From Abditibacterium sp. (GTDB lineage: Bacteria; Armatimonadota; Abditibacteriia; Abditibacteriales; Abditibacteriaceae): DNA of 64,000 nt. Numbering within the stretch: position 1 is the stretch's first letter; the number at the start of each line of letters is the position of its first letter. The DNA is taken from assembly GCA_965199495.1 (NCBI GenBank), contig CBDASK010000003.1:1120001-1184000 (forward strand), given 5' to 3'. Both the position numbers and the translations under genes were made by a program. Below are positions 49,541-57,806 of this stretch, piece after piece. Below the pieces are notes generated by a model that was given only the letters and a program-made list of their open reading frames with translations, was not told the origin of the DNA and searched no databases.

Positions 49541-49558
49541 AGCGGGAAACCGCACGGA
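49541..49558. other. Third att-core-like site upstream of LSR2
   Basis: AGCGGGAAACCGCACGGA matches 1157-1174 (AGCAGGAAACCGCACGGA) at 17/18. Confidence 0.6.
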
Positions 49559-49666
49559 ATTGTGATAAATTCGTGCGATTATTTTTCCGACGCGTGGTGA
49601 AATTTTCTGGTTTCTGGCGAGAGTTACGAGAGCCAAACCGGCGTTAAATTGCCGAATCATGCACCG

Positions 49667-50525
49667 CTAATATGTGCGAAATCTGGCACTGCCGAGGCCG
49701 CATTGCACGCCGCTAATATGTAAGGCACAGGCGCGCGCAATGGCGAATATTGTATTTCTACCATGTGCCGAAAAGACCGGAGAACGTGGGTAATTCCAAA
49801 TGCAAGAGGCACACAGAATGGCGCCCTCGGCGCACAAAAGCGCCAACTCGCGCCTCTCTAACATATTGTGCCCCGTCTTTTGTTTCCGGCTGTTTCCCGC
49901 GAGCCGACATGAAATACAGCATTTGGCATAGCCTCGACAGCGCGCCGCTAATATGGTGAACCCGGTGGAAACCAGTGTTTGAAACTCCTACGAGAGAAGC
50001 GCTAAACAGAATAGAGCGAGCGCAGCAGACTGCCAGCGCAGACTGCGAGTTACGCTTCGCTAATATGTGAGCAGAGCCGCAACCAAGGCACAGCGCCATG
50101 ATCCGGAGCGCAAACGGAGAAGGTTTCGGGACTCGTTCGTGGGGAAAATGCAACCAAAAGCTGCGAACCCGAGCATCAACGATTTCCTCGACCAGTGACG
50201 CAGTGACGCAGTGACGCTCTCTGATCCCGATCGGGGAAAAGCATTGCCATTTTTCCGTGTTCATACCCCGTTTAGACTGGATTCTTGGATTAAAGAAGAG
50301 GAGGAAGCCCCGAATCAAGCCTCACTGGCGTCACCGCGTCACCACCTCGCAGGATTTTGCCCGCCCTTTACAGACACTTCCTAAGATGTAAATCATGGCT
50401 ATGCGAATCCGCGATTTGGATGTCGCTAATTTAGTTGAAGGGCGCGTTGGGTCCCAAATCGAGCGTTCCTAAGATTTGAATCGCGAGAGAGCGGAATCGC
50501 AGGTTGCCTTTCCTAATATGGTGAG
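49667..50525. repeat. Cluster of CTAATATG(G)TGAG-like motifs, with outliers at 46352 and 56785
   Basis: CTAATATG at 49667, 49713, 49948, 50060 and 50513, all in the same orientation. Confidence 0.75.
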
Positions 50526-51002
50526 GGTTCGTCGTTCCGATCTTCAGTGGAAGGTGCATCCACCAGTAAACGCAGAGCGCTGAGTTGTTTTTCCTCGTCG
50601 GGCGCAAAGGTTCGGACCAATTGCAAACTTTGAGAGCTTTCTGAATTTGAAGACGCAGTTCCGCAAAGCGGATGCGTTGCCCCGGATGGAGAGATTTTAC
50701 TGGCACCTTCAGACTGATGTGGGCAAACAACACTCGCAAGGGTTTCGGCAGACGCGGGGGCGTCGGTCTCATTGGTATCGGGGAACGAGGTTAATTCGTG
50801 AGCCATAAAGGAAAAACTACGAAACATAAAGCCCTTCTCCATACCCCGGAAGTGACGCTGTGACGATAGTGACACTTCATATCCCCTGTGGGCAGAAAAT
50901 CAGCGTTTTCCTTTTTCCTTGCTCCGGCTCGGACAACCGGCTTCGAGGCGAGTAGAGAATTGTTACGGTTGTTCCTGGTGTCACTATCGTCACAGCGTCA
51001 CT
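50193..51002. repeat. Two pairs of inverted GTGAC(G) iteron arrays; putative ori of element A
   Basis: (CAGTGACG)x3 at 50193-50216, inverse GCGTCAC array at 50319-50343, and a perfect 25-bp inverted repeat at 50851-50875 / 50978-51002. Confidence 0.75.
50513..50806 (-). CDS. Small hypothetical protein
   Basis: Contains LVRTFAPDEEKQLSALRLL, similar to the 6030-6164 product. Confidence 0.4.
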   Translation of the reverse strand: MAHELTSFPDTNETDAPASAETLASVVCPHQSEGASKISPSGATHPLCGTASSNSESSQSLQLVRTFAPDEEKQLSALRLLVDAPSTEDRNDEPSPY

Positions 51003-51244
51003 ATCGCCGAAGTTGATGAGATGATTCTTTTCTGTCCTCGCTCATTTTGCAAACGCCATCGACAACGTGATCAACGCCCGGCATGGCTGAAACTGTTTTG
51101 GCGATTATAATGCGAAATTTTGCGGTTAGCTGACTGCATAAAGGGCTTGGAGCTTATAGGCCCCCAATTTAGCCCCACACGCCGATATTTGGATTTTACG
51201 GCACCTCTGCCTTTTGCGAGGGCAGAGGTGCCGTAAGAGACATT

Positions 51245-53857
51245 TCATCGAAGCACACGGAGAAACTCTTCGCCGATATCGTCGTCGCCCTGCCCTTTAC
51301 CATCATGCTCTTGATCGCCCTGCCCTTCATCTCCAGTCTCGGCAACCCCCTCGGTTGAGCTTTCGCTCTCGGGATTTTCCTTCGCCTGGTCTTTCTCGCC
51401 TTCATCGCCTTCGCTTTGACTTGGCTGAGCTTTTGGATTCGCTGAAGGACGAATAAACACTAATTCCCACATCGCGCCCTTGTTAGTTCTCTGCTCCTGG
51501 CGCTGAATGATGAACTCCCCGACTCCGTCCACGCCAAAGACGCGTTCTCGTTGTTTGAGGAGCAACGTCCCCAATCTTTGGGCCTGCGACTCCTCTTTTT
51601 CGCCGAGTATCGCCATGAAGTCGTCGCACTTTTTGTTGGCGAGGGCCAAAACCTGCTTGGCGGTGACCGGTTCATCCGCGAATTCTTCAAACCACGCTCC
51701 GACCAGTCCGCTCCAGGCTTCACGCGAAGTGTCGTTATAGAGTCGCTCGGATTTAAGGTTTTCCAAAAACCCGGGAATACCCGCGACTTGCAAGATGCCT
51801 CCCATGATTCGGCTCCAACGATTGAAACGGTGCTTACGGGTAGTGAATTCGGGTTTTCCTGCAGCCTTCCAACACTCGACCATAGTCACGAGCGCGCTCA
51901 AAACTTCGGATCGATGTTCATTGACGTAGGCCCAAGCATCACTTTTAAACTCGCGCTCGGCAGGCTCCTCCATTCGGGGATCGATGCGAATTTTGAGCAT
52001 TCGGGAAACGATGTCGGGGCTCAGTGTCGCGTTGTTGGCCGAGCCAACCCAAGTTGTTCTTCGGGTTTCGACAGGGGCCATGATGTTGCCACCGAGCAAG
52101 CGGTCTGTCTTAAACGGTTCCGTGATGTAGCTCGACAGAGCCGGAGAGCTAAGTTTGCTGGTAATGTTATCCACAAAAATAACCGATGCGCCCTTAATGA
52201 ATGCAGAGTGCAGGGATTTCCTCCACTCTTCGTGTTGCCAGGAGTCGTCAACCGAGACCGCTTTCTCGTAAGGCGCAATGGCAAGCGAGGCCGCATAGCT
52301 TTTACCACTGCTCCGCTGAGCGGCTTCAAAGAGGTGAAAGGGAGTTGCCCCATCGATCATCAAGCGCACAAGCGGCAAAAGCATGAGCGCAATGGTGTGA
52401 GAGCGAGAAGCGTCGTCTCGAAAGGCGACCTCTCCCAGAATCTCTTCCACGATGAGATCATGAGCAGCGGCAAGGTTCTCTTCCGTGGGATCGATATCCT
52501 CCAAAACGAAATCATCTGGCAAATTCAAGAAGGTCTGGGTTAGCGCGTCGTATCCGGGCTTGGCACACAACGTTCCGTCGGCCCGGTAAAAAGGCGCGGA
52601 CATTACGCGCGTGATGGCAGGAAGAGAAAAACGCGCGTGACTGGCCAAAAAGATATCCATCAGACTCTTGGGTGGGAAGATTTCTCCTCGGCTCCCATAC
52701 CAGACCGCAACTTCTCCCGCGAGCCACTGAAGTTGATTGGCATTCGCCGTGTTCAAAGAAATCTGGCCTTTCAAGTCCCTTTCAACGATGGTAAATCCAC
52801 CGGCCCCCCGGTAAAGCACAGGAAAGTCGGGGTTCTTAGCATTGGCCTTGTTTATTGCCTCGAAAAACTCTTTGAGAACTTCGGAAAGTTGGCCATCTAT
52901 AACGATAGAAGGGCACGCGCGCGTGCGCTCTTTCTTTTCGATGGCGCGCTGTTTCTGAGCCTTGGTGCGTTCGGACTTGGTCGGCAGTTCCCGAATCAGG
53001 TGCTTGAATTCTTCTAAAGTGCCGCCGCCCGCAAAGAAGTCGTCCAGGCCCATCTTGTCGCCGTTGAGTTGGCACGGTAGCTCAACGATATACACACGGG
53101 CACCCCGACTTTTCAGGGCGGCTGCTAATCTAACCAGAGCATCGTAAACGCCGTCTTTTTCGACCCAGTCCGAGTCGAAAACCAGCCAAACCTCGCGCGC
53201 GATGAGCTTGCCGTCGATTCTGCCCTTCAAAACGATCTCGTCCAGTTCGGTCAAATTGGCGATCCCGCCTTTGTCGTTGCCCCCTCGAAAAGCGAAAGTT
53301 CCGTGCAAGTTAAGCGCGGGCAACCCCCGCGACGCGGCACTGTCAGCTTTCTTTGCACCTTCGGTGATGATGAGCGGCACGGTGGGATCGCCGATCATTT
53401 TGAGCGTCAGGGGCGCGACGTCCAAAGATTGATGGCTGCCCTTGGCCTTCTCATATTTTATTACCTTTCCTTTTTCGTTCATGCGCGGTTCGCTGGGACG
53501 CAGCACATATTCGGTGATTTCGCCAACCCGATTGTAAAATGGTATCACCAAGCATTCGCCCACACGTTGCTGGCGAGCGCTGAAGTTCTGTTCGCGCAAC
53601 CATTTCCGGCCTTCGTTTCCTGCTGGTAAGGTGAAGTAGCCACGCGCCGCGATGGCTTCTGGCGAGATGCTCGACTCGCTCTCAAGCATCTCGCGGTGTT
53701 CGGCACTTAAAGACCAAGTGGTGTTTTGCTGGGCAGCCGGAGCGGCGGCGCTATTTTTGGGCAAGGACTGTTGAGAAGTCGTTGCCGATGTGTTCTTAGG
53801 CGTCGTGTTGACGCCAGAAATGTTTGAATGGGGAGTGTGCGGTGTGTTGTTGCGCAT
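51245..53857 (-). CDS. DUF3854-type Toprim primase fused to a P-loop helicase-like domain
   Basis: IITEGAKKADS, VWLVFDSD, KMGLDDF, EAAQRSSGKS, IFVDNI, SANN. Confidence 0.85.
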   Translation of the reverse strand: MRNNTPHTPHSNISGVNTTPKNTSATTSQQSLPKNSAAAPAAQQNTTWSLSAEHREMLESESSISPEAIAARGYFTLPAGNEGRKWLREQNFSARQQRVGECLVIPFYNRVGEITEYVLRPSEPRMNEKGKVIKYEKAKGSHQSLDVAPLTLKMIGDPTVPLIITEGAKKADSAASRGLPALNLHGTFAFRGGNDKGGIANLTELDEIVLKGRIDGKLIAREVWLVFDSDWVEKDGVYDALVRLAAALKSRGARVYIVELPCQLNGDKMGLDDFFAGGGTLEEFKHLIRELPTKSERTKAQKQRAIEKKERTRACPSIVIDGQLSEVLKEFFEAINKANAKNPDFPVLYRGAGGFTIVERDLKGQISLNTANANQLQWLAGEVAVWYGSRGEIFPPKSLMDIFLASHARFSLPAITRVMSAPFYRADGTLCAKPGYDALTQTFLNLPDDFVLEDIDPTEENLAAAHDLIVEEILGEVAFRDDASRSHTIALMLLPLVRLMIDGATPFHLFEAAQRSSGKSYAASLAIAPYEKAVSVDDSWQHEEWRKSLHSAFIKGASVIFVDNITSKLSSPALSSYITEPFKTDRLLGGNIMAPVETRRTTWVGSANNATLSPDIVSRMLKIRIDPRMEEPAEREFKSDAWAYVNEHRSEVLSALVTMVECWKAAGKPEFTTRKHRFNRWSRIMGGILQVAGIPGFLENLKSERLYNDTSREAWSGLVGAWFEEFADEPVTAKQVLALANKKCDDFMAILGEKEESQAQRLGTLLLKQRERVFGVDGVGEFIIQRQEQRTNKGAMWELVFIRPSANPKAQPSQSEGDEGEKDQAKENPESESSTEGVAETGDEGQGDQEHDGKGQGDDDIGEEFLRVLR

Positions 53858-54016
53858 GTCTATAAATACGAAGCGATGCTTCTCTCCCCATCGGGATCGA
53901 GGACACTAAACGTGAAACCGGGTGTTTTTGTTGGTAATTTCCTGTCTATTGGTCTCATAAACCGACTCAATATCGGACATTAAAATGGCTCTGCACCAAT
54001 TTTAAATCTCAATATT

Positions 54017-55006
54017 ATGCGCCCAGAAGAAAATAAAAATCAAAACCGCCGATCATTTCTACTGAAACAAGTTGAGCGGCTGGTGGGCGAAGGCAAAAGT
54101 ATTCGGGACGCTTGCGCGCAAGTTAATGTGCCCCGCTCGCAATTTTACAAATGGCGCTCTCGCCGAGATGAAGATCCGGTCAACGGTCTTTACGATCTTT
54201 CTCGACGCGCGCCTGACCATAGCAGCAACGTTTCATTGACCGAACGAAAACGGATATGTGAACTGTCACTGCAGTTTCCAAAAGAAGGATGTGACCGATT
54301 AAAGGTGCGTTTAGAGCGCGAGGGTATTACTCGTAGTAGCACAACGATTCAGGAAGTGCTTCGACAAAATGGTTTGGAAAATATTGGTCTGCGCCAATGG
54401 CAAAAGAATAGGCAGCTAAAACAGTTAATTCAAGGAAAACGACGTCAACTTCAACAGCTTCCACGTCGGCGCGCCCGCTCCCAAAGAGCGCGACTCTATG
54501 AGAGTCAGCGCGCGCTCCTCAATCCCGGTGAGTCGTTTTTCCAAGGGTTTTATAAAGTCGTAATACCAGAAGGGTTAGTCAAGTCAGGCAGATCGGATGG
54601 TCTCTACTTACATTTTATATTCGATTTTGCCACGGAATTGGTCTGGTTCGATTTGAAGTGGTCGTGGAATCCTATAAGTTTACCGAGCGCCCGCGACGTC
54701 ACGGATTTATTGCAAAGCGGGGTTGTTGAGGCTTTCAAACAAAAAGACATCGCGATCAATTCTATAATGACCAGTAACCAGTCGGCATTTGTTGAGCGGA
54801 AATCCTTTCCACGTCCTGGCACAAATGGCCCAGACCATCCCCTCGAATATAGCAGGGAAGTCGGTCTGTTGGGTCTACGGCATATAATAATTAAAAAAGA
54901 AACAGCAGAAGTGAAAGCGGTGATCGCTTACGTCTTAGAGCGACTACAAGCAGAGTTTCCCGATCAGATTACCCTGACTTATTTTATAGATCCCACGAAG
55001 GCGTAG
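54017..55006 (+). CDS. IS481-like transposase-derived protein (two HTHs, degenerate integrase core)
   Basis: SIRDACAQVNVPRSQFYKW..R....GL.DLSRR, G..RL...L.REGI..S.TTIQ.VLR.NGL. Expected DDE positions look substituted (e.g. IMTSNQSAF). Confidence 0.6.
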   Translation: MRPEENKNQNRRSFLLKQVERLVGEGKSIRDACAQVNVPRSQFYKWRSRRDEDPVNGLYDLSRRAPDHSSNVSLTERKRICELSLQFPKEGCDRLKVRLEREGITRSSTTIQEVLRQNGLENIGLRQWQKNRQLKQLIQGKRRQLQQLPRRRARSQRARLYESQRALLNPGESFFQGFYKVVIPEGLVKSGRSDGLYLHFIFDFATELVWFDLKWSWNPISLPSARDVTDLLQSGVVEAFKQKDIAINSIMTSNQSAFVERKSFPRPGTNGPDHPLEYSREVGLLGLRHIIIKKETAEVKAVIAYVLERLQAEFPDQITLTYFIDPTKA

Positions 55007-55012
55007 AATCGT

Positions 55013-55876
55013 TCAGCTTCGCACATCAACCAAAGATATTGCGCCTTCGCGGACAAAGCGGTTGGGCATGACGTGAACTTGGACAAGGCCGGTTTCCATT
55101 GATCTTGTTTGCAGCACCAGTTCGACGCGGGCGAAATTATTCAGCGTGCCTAAAGCAGTGCATTGCAGTGAATTATTAGGGCGCCCATTCGCTGCGCGGC
55201 GAGAATGGAGATTCCTTTTTAGGGGTAGCTCTGCCACGATCAGCCCGGCACCGCAAGCGCGCGCGAATCCGCTCAACTTGACCAGCAAACGGTAGAACAT
55301 CTGCCCCTGCCTTCGCGAGTTGGATATTCTGTGCTCACTGTTTTGCCCCTTAGCGAAATTGGTTTCAACAACAGCAACCAAAGAATCCACCACCAATAGG
55401 CTGGGCACGCCATCGGCTTCGCCACGGCGCCAGGCATCCACCAAAAGGGCGACATCCGACATCGTGGTCAGTTGAAGGCGCTTAAACAAACCCCGGGCTT
55501 CAAATGCGTCCAAACCGGCGGCTCGCAGTATCGCCGCGCCAAATCGGTTCGAGGCATCAATGATACAGACGCGTTCTCCCCTCGCGCACGCGGCGCGGCA
55601 GAGTTCGAGCAATAGCGCATCGGCGGCAAAAGTATGTGGTGCCCGCCAGTGCGTCACCATAGACGATGGAAGGCCCACACCGCCCAAAGCGCGGTCAAAG
55701 TTGGGCACTCCGGTCGAAAGGAAACGCAGTTCGGGCGGATGGTTCTCGAAAAAGGGCGCCAATTCATTGAACTCCGTGCGGGCCTGTTCGGGCGTGAGTT
55801 GGCAGGGTCTGGGTGTTGGTTTGTTGATTTTGAGAGTTCCCATACCTGGGATTTTAACCCACGAAAAATCGGCCAA
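55013..55876 (-). CDS. RecA-like paralogue lacking Walker A
   Basis: LSTGVPNFDRALGGVGLP, GERVCIIDA, LLVVDSLVA. The Walker A position reads RAPHTFAAD. Confidence 0.75.
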   Translation of the reverse strand: MADFSWVKIPGMGTLKINKPTPRPCQLTPEQARTEFNELAPFFENHPPELRFLSTGVPNFDRALGGVGLPSSMVTHWRAPHTFAADALLLELCRAACARGERVCIIDASNRFGAAILRAAGLDAFEARGLFKRLQLTTMSDVALLVDAWRRGEADGVPSLLVVDSLVAVVETNFAKGQNSEHRISNSRRQGQMFYRLLVKLSGFARACGAGLIVAELPLKRNLHSRRAANGRPNNSLQCTALGTLNNFARVELVLQTRSMETGLVQVHVMPNRFVREGAISLVDVRS

Positions 55877-56128
55877 AAACCCGCGCTCCCCGCGCAGCTA
55901 ATCATCGGTATCTATCGGCTGAATTATTTATTGTTCTGGTATAGTTACAGGGAAAGGCAATTTGGGATCTTCACATCAACCGCCGGATAAGCCACCTTAA
56001 GAGATCTACTCAAAAGGTTGTGCCACTTTATCTTGCCCTAAATCTGCGTCATAGTCCTACCAATGATTCTGTGTCTTTGGTAGTCGTAATTCAATACCTT
56101 TAATTGCTCGTTGCAGGAAGATTGCGGC

Positions 56129-56359
56129 CTACCATATTATCCAAGCTTTACCGTTGCTCGCTCGTCCCTTCTCGACGTGAGCCTCGGATTCTCCGCAATT
56201 AGGACACTTGCGCACTCCATTGTTGATATTGGTAGCACCACTGACTAAGAACACTTTGCCACACCCTTCCATAGGGCAGGTGAAAGCGGCGTTGTTTCCA
56301 ATCCAATCCTCGTCAAGATCTTTATCAACAGTGCTTGAATTAATATTGTGTTTGGGCAT
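56129..56359 (-). CDS. Small zinc-ribbon protein
   Basis: CPMEGCG...CPNCG. Confidence 0.6.
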   Translation of the reverse strand: MPKHNINSSTVDKDLDEDWIGNNAAFTCPMEGCGKVFLVSGATNINNGVRKCPNCGESEAHVEKGRASNGKAWIIW

Positions 56360-56856
56360 AAGTGAATATTGTTGTCGGAAATTAGCTTCTCTGGCGGTAT
56401 GGTAGGTATACCATCAATATATGCTTTCATTGTGAGAATTCAGAAGGCACATCTGTCAAGTAAACATCGAAAGTTTCTTCAGATATGAGAATTTTTCGAT
56501 ATCCGCTCGACGCCCTATGCGTTCTCGAAATAGGACGGCCCCCGAAAAAAATCTGCCAAAGCTATCATTGTAGAGGGAAAAAGGATTTCGTAGCGAAAGT
56601 TGATTAGCGTTTAAGCATTCATCACAAGTTCGTTTCCTCGCGCGAAACGGTCGCTCTCTTAATTTAGTCGAAGTGTGCGCGTGATGCTAAGCGCTGGACA
56701 TCCATTTCCTTGGATTTATCTGAGAGTTGAATGGTTTACTGACGAATTTTGAAGATGCGGGCTGAATTGTTTAGATTTAATTTTCTAATATGTGAGAAAA
56801 TTCTCTGCAAAAACGATACATTTTCAGGTGATTTTCGCTAATTTAAACTTTGGGAT

Positions 56857-57732
56857 GTGTCCTTTCCCTCCACACCTCTCGACTTCTCGCACCTGACCCC
56901 GCTGCAACGTTTAGTTGTGTTGCAACTGATCCGCGTCCGCGAACGGGCCGGATTATCCCGCGCGCAAATGGCGCAACGCACCGGCTTTGCGCCCGCTGAA
57001 ATTGAACGCATTGAAACCGGCCACCGTGCGCTGGATATGCTGGAAGTGCGCCAGTGGTGCCGTGCGGCGGGCACAACGCTGGTCGAGTTCGCGCGCGAGT
57101 TGGACGCACCGATCGCGGCCTTGTTAGATCAAGAGGACGAAGAGCGCAGGCGCGCACAAGAGGCGCAGGTGGCGCAATCGGAGAAACCCGGCACGCACCT
57201 ACTGTGCTTTGCGCCCGATGCCCCACCCAAATTACTATCGGTTAAAAACGTGTTTGCGGCGATAGAATTTCTGCTGTGCACCAGCCGCGTGCGCGTCTTT
57301 GCGACCGACAGCTCGGCGACGCTGGGGTTTTCCGCTAACGACACCACGCGGGAGAACGTGATGCGCGGTGACGGGAACAGCGGCGACGGGAACAGCAGCG
57401 ACGACGCAGCGGGCGAATATACGCTACTGCGCCCGACCGGAGCGTTTCTGGTCGTGGCCGGAAAACTGAAAGGCAGCCACATTTCCGCCTCGGCGCCGCG
57501 TAACCCGGACTTGTCGTGGGCACCAATTGAGGCGTGGGTGTCGCTATGCCCCTATGCGCTCGATCTGACAAACCCAAATAACATCCAACGCTTGCGGTTG
57601 GGTTCGCTTTCGCCGTTGCAACTGGAGCTTGTCCTCGATAAATTTGCGCCCCAGCTTTCGGACGGCGCCGTCGAGCAGATCATGGGTGAACACCCCGATG
57701 GTGCCGCGTGGATGGCGGAGTGGAACGACTAA
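56857..57732 (+). CDS. XRE-family HTH protein with an unknown C-terminal domain
   Basis: LIRVRERAGLSRAQMAQRTG....IERIETGHRALDMLEV..WCRA. Confidence 0.8.
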   Translation: MSFPSTPLDFSHLTPLQRLVVLQLIRVRERAGLSRAQMAQRTGFAPAEIERIETGHRALDMLEVRQWCRAAGTTLVEFARELDAPIAALLDQEDEERRRAQEAQVAQSEKPGTHLLCFAPDAPPKLLSVKNVFAAIEFLLCTSRVRVFATDSSATLGFSANDTTRENVMRGDGNSGDGNSSDDAAGEYTLLRPTGAFLVVAGKLKGSHISASAPRNPDLSWAPIEAWVSLCPYALDLTNPNNIQRLRLGSLSPLQLELVLDKFAPQLSDGAVEQIMGEHPDGAAWMAEWND

Positions 57733-57806
57733 CGATAGCTGAAGCACAATTTGATTTGAATAAATACGGCAATATGGCAAGGCACTTAATTCGGACTTCG
57801 CGTTGT

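Noticed and set aside
49538..49660. LSR2 start at 49660
   Set aside because: The extension crosses the att-like site and shows no recombinase similarity; later starts are more plausible.
49667..50525. CTAATATG repeats as a CRISPR array
   Set aside because: Repeats are only 8-13 bp, spacing is irregular (46-450 bp), and there are no cas genes.
57370..57396. Tandem GACGGGAACAGC repeat (also the GEGEGE-coding repeat near 41230-41252)
   Set aside because: Short in-frame low-complexity linker duplications.
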